Assembly: GCA_964016885.1 (NCBI GenBank)
Contig: OZ024740.1
Span: 302,188,001-302,252,000, forward strand
DNA: 64,000 nt
DNA from: Eledone cirrhosa
Taxonomy: Eukaryota
Reading direction: 5' to 3'
Positions within the stretch are counted from its first letter, which is position 1; the number at the start of each line of letters is the position of its first letter. This document shows, one piece after another, positions 27,701 to 41,198 of the stretch. The notes under the pieces are model-generated. The model searched no databases, was not told where the DNA came from, and saw only the letters and a program-made list of their open reading frames with translations. Both the position numbers and the translations under genes were made by a program.

Positions 27701-28130
27701 AAAAGATCTGTCCGAGGAGCGTGCGAGACGAAGAAACCGTCGCGCACGCATTAATACACTGCCCAGGCGTTACCGACCTGTGGGGCTATGTAGAATGACT
27801 ATTGTCGCGGGTGGGACCAATCCGGTTGACCTCCGAGTCCATTGTAATGATCTAACCACCACCCTCCTTCAAAAACGAAGGAGAGGCGGTTTTCCTTTGT
27901 GTGATAGCTATGGAGAAAGAGGTTGTATGGTGGACAAGGTTGAAAGGGCTGAGGTCAGACACCTTTCTCTCCGGCCAACAACTGATTCTTTATTTTCAAA
28001 TACCACTTTAGAAGAAGAATCAGGATGGAGAGAGAGGTGCTGTACCCCAGCAAGTTTTATGAAAGGTGGGTGAAAGTGGCGAGAATGGTCCGAGTGAATG
28101 AGCCTTCTCTCTATATAATCCTGTAGGCTG
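24737..28130 (+). pseudogene. Tx1 ORF2: APE endonuclease plus RT (multiple stops and frameshifts)
   Basis: VNVRGL, LVAAYAP, GDWN, SYLDRV, PGYWKLN, NFRPITLLNT, LDQSKAFDRVDH, SIRQGCPLS, AYAVDV, GGLGLP. Confidence 0.93.
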
Positions 28131-28611
28131 AGGAAAAAGAGGAGAGGAAAGGGGTACAAACTCTTCGTACTCCTGGAGATGAGGGTTGCACATTTTTTCG
28201 GGGGTATGTGTTACCCCTATGTAATGTCTCCCCCTATTCGTGAAAATCGATTAACTTTTAAATTGTATTTGTGATAGTATTTTATACGTTTTTATTGTAT
28301 CTAAACATCCCTCTTTGTATTTGTCCCCTTCTTTTGTGCCCCTGTGACTAATAAAGAAACATATCTATCTATCTATCTATCTATCTATCTACCTAATTAT
28401 CTAAATATCTGTCTTTGTTTCTCTATTTCGCTAAGTTTCCTACATTTTTCTGTCTCTATAGCACTTACTGTGTTTTTGTCGTTCAAACCATTTCCACCAT
28501 CAATTTTTCGTTTTCCATTTTCTTCATGTTTAACCCTTGCTATCCCCAACACATAATTTCCAGTCTTCCATATATAACCCTTAATTCCCCCTCCCTCTAT
28601 CTCATTCTTTT

Positions 28612-28734
<123 letters not shown>

Positions 28735-29033
28735 TACATATATATATATCGCTGTCTGTCACACACACGTCTTGTCCCCCCTCCCACTCTCTCTCAGTTT
28801 TCTATCGCTCCTTCTCACTTAGTTATATACATTCATATTCATTGTTAACTTAAATCAATAGCCTATTGGTTTCTGAAGAAATCTCTTTCTCACGTGACCA
28901 TTTACATCCGGTGTACTGACATTTTAATACTTATTTGTTTTACGTTTTGTTTTGCCATTTTTCTTTCTGCTTGTTGCAACACACATCACTGCTAACACTG
29001 ACAGATTTGTTTGGTCATGCATAAACAAATATA

Positions 29034-29102
<69 letters not shown>

Positions 29103-29123
29103 ACATAAATATAGAGATATGTA

Positions 29124-29196
<73 letters not shown>

Positions 29197-30613
29197 AGGT
29201 GGGTGTATATATATACTTGGGAGATTGTTTTCTTATAGAATTATAAATAAAATAAAAATATTACTGATGGTTGGCCTCAAAGCTGCTAGTATACATTACC
29301 TCTTGCGTCGACTGAATTAGCCATAGAAGGCGAATTTCGGGGCCTTATATATGCCACGATGTTTATAGTACATGCATACATACATATGATCAGGCAGAGA
29401 TGGTAACATGTATGTGTGCTTGTGTGTGTACGTATGTCTGTGTACACAGCGTGAAAGGGAGAATATGTGAGAGATAAAGAACGAAAAACTGGAGATATTT
29501 ACACAGACAATATGCACACATCCATATATTTATAGATACGTAGCTTTTCTTAAATATGAACCAGTCGTTATTTATGGACTAGACTGAAAAACTAAAGAGA
29601 GCAATGCACTGAGAAAATAAATATGCATATGTTAAAATACACACGAGACTGAGTGGCACTTTCTAATGCTTCAATCTTCAACCTCATACGAGCTTGTCAG
29701 TTTCTATAGACGAGGTTTCCATATCTTCGATCGGTGGAATTTTACGTGTTTTTATTATGTGTATATGAATAATTGGTTTAATATACAATAAATTATTATA
29801 CGCTTAATGTAAGACTCATGCAGATTGTAATGTAAGATATATGATTTTAGGTGTGACACATTTAATCAAAAGACGTATCCTTCTACATAATGCCTATCTA
29901 CTCGATTTCACAAGGATCGCATTAAAATGGACCTTATACAAGATGCCATACAATTCATTCGAACTCAAATCTTCGTAATATATACCGTATTTTCTAACCT
30001 CGTGACTATGCACTCAGGCACGCCCTACTCACACATAGACATAGGTAAATGCTCAAACAAACATATATATCAGAAGCACAAAACAACAATGTATTTCATG
30101 TGTGAAAGCTAGACATGCTACAAATTACAGTCAAAATTGTCTCTCACATTAATATCTGGGATTTATAAAGGAAACTAGGTATACAACTACAAATAAAATA
30201 ACTGAAGGTGTCATGATTGACCTGGAAATACAAAAAACAAAATCAATAAGAGAAGCTGGAAATATTAGTTAAATGATACACACACGTACTTATACAGGAA
30301 TACACACTCATAAACCACCACACGCAGTCGAAAACGTGCAACAACGATTACACACGCATCTATATTTTAAATATAGGGCAAACAGCCATTCGAAGCACAG
30401 ACATGTAGCTCTAAACGTATTGAAATTAATGCACACAGACACACACACACAAGCAACGAGACATATACATTGACTGAATACTGTAAGAAATCAATAAAGC
30501 CATATGTGAAAATAAACGAGCATAGTAATATGCATATTTAATGAAATATATTATAACATACCATTGAAATCATAAGCAGACACTCTGAAGTACACGGACA
30601 TATACAACATCGA

Positions 30614-30837
<224 letters not shown>

Positions 30838-30891
30838 GGATATAGATATATATAAATAAATATATACAGGTGTCTATGATCGTGTATAGAT

Positions 30892-31449
<558 letters not shown>

Positions 31450-31545
31450 GTATATATATATATGTATATATATATGTATATATATACATATATATATTTT
31501 CAGCCCCATGGATTTTATCTATTACCTTCACTTATTATATTTCGA

Positions 31546-31603
31546 ATACCTGATGATATCACCGGATTCATACGGAACTCGGTCATTGAAATGATCATAG
31601 TAT
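31546..31603 (+). ncRNA. type I hammerhead ribozyme, intact core
   Basis: ATAC-CTGATGA-T-atcACCG...CGGTcat-T-GAAA-TGATCA-TA-GTAT; palindromic stem III (ATGATCAT), AUA triplet. Confidence 0.72.
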
Positions 31604-31712
31604 GATAAACCTTTCAAGGATTTACACAAGCCTAGCCTGCTGTCATTTCATTATATATATATGTATGTGTGTGTGAGTGTGTGTGTATGTATCTATATAT
31701 ATATTATATATA

Positions 31713-31794
<82 letters not shown>

Positions 31795-32592
31795 TTCATC
31801 ATCATCACCATTATATGGAAAAATATACCTACAATTAAACTTCACGTGTGTGTTGATATTTGTATATTTGTAGGGCTGGGTGTGAGTGAATGAATGTATG
31901 TGCGTATCTGTGTGTGTGTATATATGTGTGTGTGTGTGAGAGAGAGGGATATTTTCTGCGTTTATGCGTGTGTGTATTGCTGTATACATGGCAGTATACA
32001 AATTAATACTTTTCACTATGTTTTACCTGGAAACCTACGCAGATGTTCACTCCACCTAAACATGTAGAATAATTATAACATCAATTTCTCAATCTGACTG
32101 TCTAAACGGTCATGACATAATTGTCTAACGATGTTAGGTTACCGGAGAAATATTTACATTAAAATATACGTTGCGTTTGCCAGTCTTCTCCAACATATAT
32201 AATAATGTATTATTTAGATTTACAACCACAATCAAACACCTAATAGAAAACGTACATGCATATATTACTAATCCTGTAATTTAAAAGCCTGTCTATGTAC
32301 AATGTTAATGGGAAGACATATATAAACTACTTGAAGAGTGCAATTATGCCCTGTAACATTCGCGAACATCACTTAAAATATAATCTTCTTCTATATCAGA
32401 AGTCAAAACAGAATAAAAGACGATTTAAACGCGTGGGATAATATGTGGGGTTAATACATATGTTTTGATATAAAATATTGTGTTGTAATGCGGAAATTCA
32501 CTAATTGCAGGAATAAACGTATGTAAAGTTTATACTTTTCTTGAAAACATTATTCAGAACCTGCGTTGCGTATGCAACACACCAATCAACAA

Positions 32593-32875
32593 ATAATTGT
32601 TTCTACTTTTGGCACAAGGCCAGGAAATACCCAGTACATTACTGGTACTTTATTATAATGTTTTCTCATATAGGCACAAGGACAGCCATTTGGGAGGAGG
32701 GGAAAGTCGATCAAATCTACCGCAGTGTTTGACTGGTACGAAATGTTATCGACTCCGTAAGGATGAAAAGCAAAGTTAACCTCGGCGGGATTTGAACTCA
32801 GATCATAAAGGGGCGTAACTCTATGCTGCAGAGCATGTTGTCCGACTCTCTACCGATACTGCCAATTCACCACCA
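32593..32875 (-). mobile_element. SINE copy plus partial second tail
   Basis: Family core at about 32750-32800, head at about 32850-32875. Confidence 0.85.
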
Positions 32876-32949
32876 ATCAATAAATAATAATGCAATTCGG
32901 TTCAAGCACTCAACGTCATGTTTTTTCTTCGAAATGTGATTTGTTAGTC

Positions 32950-33470
32950 AGAGACGGAATATACGAAGAATAAGGAAAATGCTGTAGATGTTAAAGAGTC
33001 CTTTATTAACAAAGCCGTAATACATATTTCAATGATGATCGTGGCTACCTGATTGTTCAAATACGTAACCGGTCAAGTGATGCCACCAGAGAGCATTTTT
33101 CTGTAATAATGTTATTATGTTTCCGGGGCAATCTAATCTAAAGAAAAGAGAACGAAGAGAAATTATATTTCCATAGGCGATGTCCTTTCCCTTTAGGCTG
33201 GATTTCCTCAGAAACGTAACCTTATTACATAGATATGATGTCTGATGATATCACGTGGCCGGTTACTTTATTGAACAATCACTTAGATACGATCATTATT
33301 AAACTTTGCCTTTCATCCTTACGGGGTCGATAAAATAAAGTACCAGTAATACACTGGGTAATTGCTGGCATTGTGCCTAACGTAGAAACAATTATTAAAC
33401 TATTACCACACCATTGATAATAAAGGTCTCTTTAATATCTACACCTAACATTTTCTTTATTCTACATACA
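32950..33470. mobile_element. diverged inverted-repeat (MITE/fold-back-like) element interrupted by a SINE 3' fragment (33303-33397, +)
   Basis: 32960-33090 is the diverged reverse complement of 33240-33300 plus 33410-33470. Confidence 0.5.
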
Positions 33471-33520
33471 CATATATATATATATAGTTAAAAGAATAGA
33501 GGTGTAACACACAAGTTATT

Positions 33521-34143
33521 ATATATTGGTAAACGGAATAGAAAATGCTGACAAATTGTTCACAGTTGAAAAATGTTTTATTCACATGACCTCTACCGAC
33601 CAATCAAAATTGTTTTGACCACAAGAATTTTTGCAAACACCAAGTAGCGCTGGAGCCACTTTTTTAACATAAAAACAGTCTTGGCGCAAAATCAATTTTT
33701 TACATTCACATGACCTCTACTGACCAATCAAAATTGTTTTGACCACAACAATTTTTGCAAACACCAAGTAGCGCTGGAGCCACTTTTTTAACATAAAAAC
33801 AGTCTTGGCGCAAAATCAATTTTTTACATTCACATGACCTCTACCGACCAATCAAAATTGTTTTGACCACAAGAATTTTTGCAACACCAAAGTACCGCTG
33901 GAGCCACTTTTTTTAACATAAAAACAGGTAGAATTCCCAAAACTAATCAGATCAGAGAAAACAACACGGACACTCTATCTCAAAATTATTTTTGAAAAGC
34001 ATTTAGAAATGCGCAACCGGTAAAAACTTAAAAACTTAAAACCACAACTGAATACTAACCCATACAATTACTAATACTCTTTTATTCCTAATTAAACCAT
34101 TTTTCAACTGTGAACAATTTGTCAGCATTTTCTATTCCGTTTA

Positions 34144-34152
<9 letters not shown>
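33521..34152. mobile_element. element with about 55-bp perfect terminal inverted repeats and an internal 124-bp tandem repeat (33581-33927, about 2.8 copies)
   Basis: ATATTGGTAAACGGAATAGAAAATGCTGACAAATTGTTCACAGTTGAAAAATG at 33521-33575 is inverted at 34098-34152; units start at 33581, 33705 and 33829. Confidence 0.85.
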
Positions 34153-34236
<84 letters not shown>

Positions 34237-34375
34237 TAGTTATAACAACAACAAAGATCAAAATCCGGAGAGAGGTATATATATATAAATATATGTAAAC
34301 CAGAAGAACAAATATGTATTGGTACAGGTTAATGATAGATAAATAAAGAAACACACACACACATACGTACATACA

Positions 34376-34432
<57 letters not shown>

Positions 34433-34604
34433 TGTGTGTGTGTGTTTGTGTGTATATATATATATACAATGGGGAATTTATATCGATTTGTTGACAGAGA
34501 CCAACGTGGATTCCTATGTAAGTGTTCTTTCTACATCAGCCAAAACCTCCTGTGGGAAATCAGCTTTGGAGCATATCATATCTATTCCTTCATATATATA
34601 TATC

Positions 34605-35350
34605 TATCGAGGGCGGGTAAAATTCCCGGGATCCATGGACGAGTTCTCTCCAGCGGTCACTGTCCCTCATTCTCTGTCTCCAAGAGACCAGTGTCTGTCC
34701 TTAGGTCATCAGCATATGTTAACCTCGGTCTTCCTCTTCCAGTGTGTCCATGCAGGGACTCCCACAGGAGCACCGAGTGCAGTGTTAACTCGGATGTCGG
34801 TGAGCATGTCCAGCTAACCTCAGTCTACTCTGTGTCACTTTTGAGCTGACTCTTGGGAGGCTCCCGTACAGCTCTGGGCTTTTCGTCCTCACTGAGGATG
34901 AAGAACTCAGAGCTGTACGGGAGCTCTGATTAATGTTCAGAGCCATCCTCAACATTCTCGTGTAGCACCCATCCACCATCTGACTGAGTTTCTTGGTCAG
35001 TGTCCAATCTCAGACACGTACAGCAGCACAGACTCCACTACAGAAACGAAGAGACGGATCTTCAGGTCTTTACGAAGGTCCGACTTCCACACCGATCTCA
35101 AGCTGTGGTACGCCGCCCAGGCTTTGCTCTTCCTCTCAACCACATCATCTTCGGTATTCCCAATCTTTGCTCCCAAATACAGGAAGTCCTCAACCAATTC
35201 TAGCGGCTTTCCGCCTGCATTAGGTGACAAACACTGTGAAGGAGGCACATGATTTGATGCAGGAGGTGGAGACTCTGTCGATGAGTGTGGGGCTGAGAAT
35301 GAATGAGATTAAGACAACATATCTGGTAGAGAATATTATGAAGCCAGAGA

Positions 35351-35352
<2 letters not shown>
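34605..35352 (-). mobile_element. RTE/RTE-X LINE 3' fragment with inverted 5' segment (35222-35352 on +)
   Basis: VEDFLYLG...KAWAAYHSLRSVWKS...VESVLLY, DGCYTRMLRMALN, RLRLAGH on minus; the upstream RT segment ...EVETLSMSVGLRMNEIKT on plus. Confidence 0.85.
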
Positions 35353-35390
<38 letters not shown>

Positions 35391-36154
35391 TCATCATTAT
35401 CACTTTATGTTCGCTTTTCCCTGCTTGCAAATGTGTGTGTGTGTGTGTGTATTTGTGTGTGTGAGGGGGGGGTATGAGTGATTGTGCTGTGAAGAAATAA
35501 AAAGATTAGAATATAAAAGTTATCAGCACAAAAATACTATTGTATTATAATTGGTTAGACTATTTCACTATCTGTGTACAAATGCAGCGATTCCGCTCAT
35601 CACTTTAGCATTTTTGTAACATTACGCATCTTCATTGTATGCATTATCCCGTGTCATATTTTGTACAGTGCGTGTGCCTCGTTATGTATCTATAATGCTT
35701 CTCTTTAACAATATATCTCTGCTTTTCAGAAAATCGATTTAAAAAAAAAAAAATAAAACTAGGGAGGCTAGGCTGACCCCATTCATAAAACACAACTCTT
35801 ATGTCCACGTTATCAGGGAAAGCTTGATTTCAAACAAAACACTTAGACAAAATAGAGTTAGATATATTCTCAATCAATCATTGCGCTATAAACAGTGGAA
35901 ATAAGACACGCAAAATCCGTGTGTACATAAAGTATTCAAGATGAGCCCCCAGTCACTCCAAAAAGAATATCTGCAATAAGGATCCACATAAAGATCGAAA
36001 AACAAACAAGAATCCACATGTCTAGAGATAATAGATCTCACAATCGGGAATACAAATTTAAATACAAGTAACAGATCTAAATATACAACGGAAATACACA
36101 ACTACAATAATAACAACACACAAATACTAATAAAAGAAATAATATAGAGGAACC

Positions 36155-36310
36155 TTCTTCTTCTTCTTCTTCTTCTTACACAAACACTCCTTCCAACGTA
36201 ATCGTTAACAACTGATCCAGTTGGTGCCCGATCGAGACCACTGGAGCCCATGGATGTTATCCAAACATCTTGCTCGTGGTCTCCCTTGGTTCTCTTGCCA
36301 GTTGGTCTTG
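36155..36310 (-). mobile_element. RTE 3' end with (GAA)n tail
   Basis: Minus reads roughly RPTGKRT(K)GRPRARCLDNIHGLQWSRSG followed by AAGAAGAAG. Confidence 0.6.
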
Positions 36311-37001
36311 AAACCTTATTCTAAATATCCCTTTTTAAGGCAGAAACCAGAATTACAGAGACAAAGGTTTAAGTATATTCACGCGATCCAAAAATAACTT
36401 ACAATAATTCTCTGAAAATGTTAACACCTATACCAATAGATATTTCAAGCATAGGTCTATCATTTACACCAACACCTTACAAATGAAACATACCAGAAAT
36501 TAAAGATTATATTTTGATTGGCTGCTGAAGATGCAGATTAATGAAACAATCTAAAAAAGAAAGCATGCTGGTATTATAGCATGTCCAATGTACTAGACAC
36601 ATCACCTAAATGACTTCCTAGATATTGTGATGAAGGATTTCTCCCCAAACATTCGGATCTTTCAACCAGATAATATAAACGAAATCACCTCTATTCTTTC
36701 TTTGCATCTTATGAATCTACATAGTAATATTTCACACAGTTACATAATCGAATCAATTAAATACTATCGATAATCATTTCCTTACAAACGTTCAAATCGT
36801 CCTGAGAGAAAATACAGAACAGATTACAATTTGTTTTGGAAGCCAGTTATTTCGTGTACGTCGGTAAAGCACACCGATATAAATCAGGAGCAGCCATTTA
36901 ACAAATCTTGTAACAATATATGCTATTTTTCCCATGAGATACAACGAATCAAAAATCTATGAAAATACTCCCGAATTTATATAGACGAATTTAACTGATT
37001 T

Positions 37002-37042
<41 letters not shown>

Positions 37043-37620
37043 GTGTTTGTGTATGTGTGTGTGGGGGTGGGGTGGGGGTTGGTGGGTGAAATGATTCTTG
37101 AACATCTGTTGGATTTTGTACAGAGATAATCCTGTTATATTGTACTATTATCAAACGTTTGGTATCTTATATGAACCATTTCATCTGATTCAATGTGAAC
37201 ACAGTACCAGTAAACTCTTTTTCTTAATAGCCAGAAAGAACCCAATTCTGGAATTTAAAACGTTCCTATGCCAAAACTTTCACTCGTTTCCTTTATATCA
37301 TTCAGAATAGACCCGGACTAACGTTTGAGTCAATTTAGCAAAACTATTCATCACAACATCAATAAAGCATATACTAGAAGAGAGGAAAATACTGATCAAG
37401 TGGAAATAACTTCTAAATTTAGTCCATATTATAAGAAAGCAAACCGAATTAAAGCAAGAAAGAGCGAAAAGACATCCAATCCCATACACAAAAGCAGATC
37501 AATTGATATATTTCGACGTTTTTCCGATTCTATTAATGCAGCGATTCGGCAACAGAACCAACGTATTAGTAAGGAAATGTATTTCATAGCAAACTAGAAC
37601 GAAGCTCTTTGTGCTTCAGC
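36310..37620 (+). mobile_element. heavily decayed PLE RT relic
   Basis: Fragmentary IIACP, FLDIVMK, NL.SNISH, EHSTSKLFFL and TRTNV..NLAK motifs in PLE RT order. Confidence 0.5.
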
Positions 37621-37829
37621 TAACATGACACTAAATTCCTTTCATATTGAAACCAGAATTGCGCCGATGGCCATGACGATAACATTTTTAGAAGGATGTG
37701 ATCTGTACATACTATAAAATATACAACACCAACACAAATATAACCTTGAAAACTAATTAAAATGATCACGATAACGATGGCCGGTCAATAAAAAGAACCA
37801 GTGTTACAACAAATATATATATATATATA

Positions 37830-39870
37830 GTGAAAGAGTGAAGAATAACATAGTCGGCTGTACAAAAGGGGTTTTATTCTCAGTATTAACAATTGTTTCA
37901 TTGATCAGGTGAGTCTAAAAGCCGCAATCACTCGAAGTTGCGTCACTCGACCTTAATTACAGTGTGCGTCTCTGATCAAATCATCGGAATACTGGAGGGT
38001 GTAACGCATGGCATTGATATTTATAGATACATCGGAGAATCAAGTGAATGAAAACAATAACATCAATAATAAAAGATAATAATAAAGAAGTAAAAATGAA
38101 AATGATAAAGATGTAAACAATAAGTAAAAAATAAGTACAAAATACGGTTGCTGATAATAGTAGTAGTGGTGGTGGTAGTTGAAGTTATAATGGTGAGTAT
38201 GTGGATGTGTAAAATAGTGATGACGGTAAAGATAACAGTAACATGAACAGAAATACGAAATACATGATATGTAGTATAAATTGGTGAAATAAGAATGCAA
38301 GAGGTACAATCTCAGAGGATTAAAATAAAAAATAAAAAAATAAAAAATAACAAGTAAGAGAAAAAGAGATAAGGGACAGGCGACAGAGCGTGAGGATAAG
38401 GATTCGAGGATGAGACATAAGGGATAGGATTAAGGACGGGGAAGGGGTAGATAGATAGATAGATAGATAGATAGAGAATAAAAAGTGAAAGGGGCCGTGA
38501 TGATATATGGGTGATTAAGGCCTGGCAGACTGATTGATTTAGCTTAATGGAGGTGATGCGGTTATAGAGAGAGTGAAAGAAATGTTGGGAGATTTATGAT
38601 GTTGATTTAATGATCGGTTGGTCGGTTGACAGCTAATAACAGAGGAGTGGTTTGGAGCTAATACATTACAACCTGGGTGGTTCTGCTTGAATTCCGAGAT
38701 TGCAGGATCGAATCATGTCGGTTGTGGTTTGAAGATAGAGAACTTGGCGACTACTTTGTGCCTACAGAACATTGATCGTTCTATTTTGTTGTTAAGCAGC
38801 ATTTTATCATACTTTAAAATATGGAGCAGCTCCATATTGCAAAGTCCGCAGTGGGACATTCTGTTTTGTAGGCCCTTGCACTCGGTAACTTCGACCAGCT
38901 AATCTCATATTCCTGGTTGATGTCCTTAAGCTACCAGATCTTGTGGGCCAGCGTCGTTGAGTTCTCTACTCTACGGTTTTTTATAGAATGCCTATGCACG
39001 TACCATCTTTTTTTTAATCACCGGCTGTAGAACCTATGTAGTTCCATGCTAAGATGCCTGATTCACTATACTTGATTCCAGGCATCTATTTTGTAGTGGG
39101 CATTTTTCCGGCATGTGGTAGTTACATTTGGAGGCCTTCCTGTGTGCATCTTCTCCGTTGCGGTTTTGTATGTTGTTAGGGATGGGCTGAGATTTAGGTT
39201 TATTGATGTTTTGTTGCGATGTGCTCTGACGTGTGTGTGGTTGTGATGTTGTTATGTGTGCGGGTTTTGTATTTGGTGCTATGGTGTATGTTGGTAGAGA
39301 ATCTTTTATAGTTGATTTTATGTATGTGTGATTCTGTTAGCTGCAGTAGGGTAAGAGAGTTTGATAGTATTTCCGTTAAAGATTCTATGGTATTTGTGTA
39401 GTTTAGGGAAGTGTTTGTCAATTAGTTTAAATAATGTAGAAGGTAGGGTGGTTTTTATAGAGGAGTTGAAGATTGGATTGAACCATAGATATTTCTTATC
39501 TCTGGATTTTATGTAGTTTCTAGGGGTACCTATATTAGTGTTCGGTTCGACTATTCCTCGTGCTCGTTGCCTATTTCCATGTTTAGTTCTATATTTGTTA
39601 TTCCTATAGGTGCGAGTAGCGTAGTTGCTGTCTTTATCTGGTATGTATTTGAGCCCTTCCTTGTGGCCTGCCTTATGTAAAGATATGTTATAGTAGTTTG
39701 CGTGTTCATTAAAACTCTCTAGGTTAGAAAATAGGCGGGATATTCTGAGGGATATACTATGTAATTAAGATCGAGTGACGCAACTTCGAGTGAATCACCT
39801 GATCAATGAAACAATTGTTAAACATAATTGTTAGTACATGTTATTATTCCCTCTTTCACTACTATTATTT
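37830..39870 (-). mobile_element. decayed PLE 3' half with terminal repeat at 37830-38000 and inverted partial copy at 39760-39870
   Basis: Minus strand encodes RDKKYLWFNPIFNSSIKTT (PLE WFNPP motif) near 39460-39500; AACAATTGTTTCATTGATCAGGTGA...CACTCGAAGTTGCGTCACTCGA is inverted at 39770-39820. Confidence 0.75.
37881..37994 (-). ncRNA. type I HHR with long stem II (U4C variant)
   Basis: Minus: CAGTATT-CCGATGA-T-TTGATCAG...(about 60 nt)...CTGATCAA-T-GAAA-CAATTG-TT-AATACTG. Confidence 0.68.
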
Positions 39871-40027
39871 CACTCCAAGAATGACCTGCATGGGGATTCT
39901 CTCAAACTCGCTACCTAACTAAGGAAACTTCTTGTTGAGTCAAACAACGCCGTACGTTAAAACTATCCATAGTACAGAGTACACACAACTTCTGACTGGA
40001 TTACCTAAAACTATAACTTATCCCATA

Positions 40028-40120
<93 letters not shown>

Positions 40121-40157
40121 ATATATAATATCAAAAGATGGTTAAAAGAGTTCCATG

Positions 40158-40228
40158 TATTTTATTATGCGCATTTCAAAAACAAATATCATCATGCAAT
40201 AACATTTGTGTTTTCATCAGATAAAATA
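40158..40228 (-). ncRNA. type I hammerhead ribozyme, intact core
   Basis: Minus: TATTTTAT-CTGATGA-aaacACAAATGTTA...TGATATTTGTtttt-GAAA-TGCGCA-TA-ATAAAATA; 8-bp stem I, palindromic stem III, AUA triplet. Confidence 0.8.
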
Positions 40229-40328
40229 GGAACACATGATGAAGGTTAAAGAACACTTGTGAATAGTGCAGTTTTAAATCAACAATATATATATATATAT
40301 ATATAGTGCTAGAACACTGGAAGGTAAT

Positions 40329-40474
40329 ATCCGTAGTGGTAGAGCGCTCAGTCCATGGGACGAGTTAGGTGAAACGCTAAGGTGAAATAATTGTTCTCGG
40401 TATGGTGAACTAACTGCTGTGTAACCTCTTCTACCTAACTCGTCCCATGAACTGAGCGCTCTACCACTATGGAT
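40329..40474. repeat. 42-bp inverted repeat with 62-nt spacer, (TA)n-flanked
   Basis: 40329-40370 versus 40433-40474: one mismatch and one G.U pair. Confidence 0.9.
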
Positions 40475-40481
40475 GGTACTC

Positions 40482-40528
<47 letters not shown>

Positions 40529-40532
<4 letters not shown>

Positions 40533-40720
40533 AAAAAGTTTAAACCCGACGGCAGAGCTCAAGCCGTTTCGACGGCTTTTTCTGGACTGATATAGCCGTC
40601 GAAACGGCTTGAGCTCTGCCGTCGGGGTTAAACTTTTTCCTATTACCCTCTCTAGTACCCTAAGTATTGAGTACTCTGGTAAGTTATGGGCGATCTGGTT
40701 CCTTACCACACCTCCTTCGT
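40529..40720 (+). mobile_element. fold-back terminal-repeat fragment carrying an HHR 3' half; family of 15516-15978
   Basis: Arms 40529-40577 and 40594-40642; GAA-ACGGC-ttgagctct-GCCGT-C-GGGG; 40643-40720 is the reverse complement of 15516-15600. Confidence 0.7.
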
Positions 40721-40908
40721 TATATATATATATATATATAAAAGAAAATTTCTCTCTACATGGCTGAATACAATATATATAATCTGAATCTTTTCGAATA
40801 TTAATAATAACATTCGATGCGTTTGCAATTTTGCAAACAAGCCTCAATTTTATTGCCATGTCAGTAGAATGAACACTTCATTCTTGCTCTTGTGTTGGCA
40901 CACGAACA

Positions 40909-40958
40909 GAACTGCAGACACTAATGTTTCTGGGTATCACCCTTCATCAGTACAGCTC
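40909..40958 (-). ncRNA. type I HHR (inverted unit), intact
   Basis: Exact reverse complement of 41199-41248. Confidence 0.82.
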
Positions 40959-41198
40959 ACAGTTCATGTGCCAAACTCTCAGAGCTAGTGAAAATGTATG
41001 CTATTTTCAAAAATACACAGTGAAACTGACTGGCCAGTCTGCTGATATGCAAATCTGGCTGATCAGTGGATCGGCTAATATGCAGATCTGACTGATCAGC
41101 TAGTATGCTAATATGCAAATCAGGTCAAATCAGTCACTGTGTATTTTTGAAAATAGCATATATTTTCACTAGCAATGACAGTTTGGAAGGTAAACAGT

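Larger units (their letters stand above)
22866..28359 (+). mobile_element. near-full-length disrupted Tx1/L1-clade LINE, copy 1
   Basis: ORF1 with (AAC)n poly-Asn and CCHC knuckle; ORF2 with AP endonuclease, RT and C-terminal Cys motif; AATAAA at the 3' end; (ATCT)n on both flanks. Confidence 0.93.

Noticed and set aside
29265-29350. CTGATGG-T-TGGC...GCCA-T-AGAAGGC...GCCTTA, a possible decayed HHR
   Set aside because: Both core segments are altered and stem I is weak, so it is too degenerate to call.
33581-33927. 124-bp repeats as a possible CRISPR array
   Set aside because: Whole units are repeated; there are no unique spacers and no cas genes.
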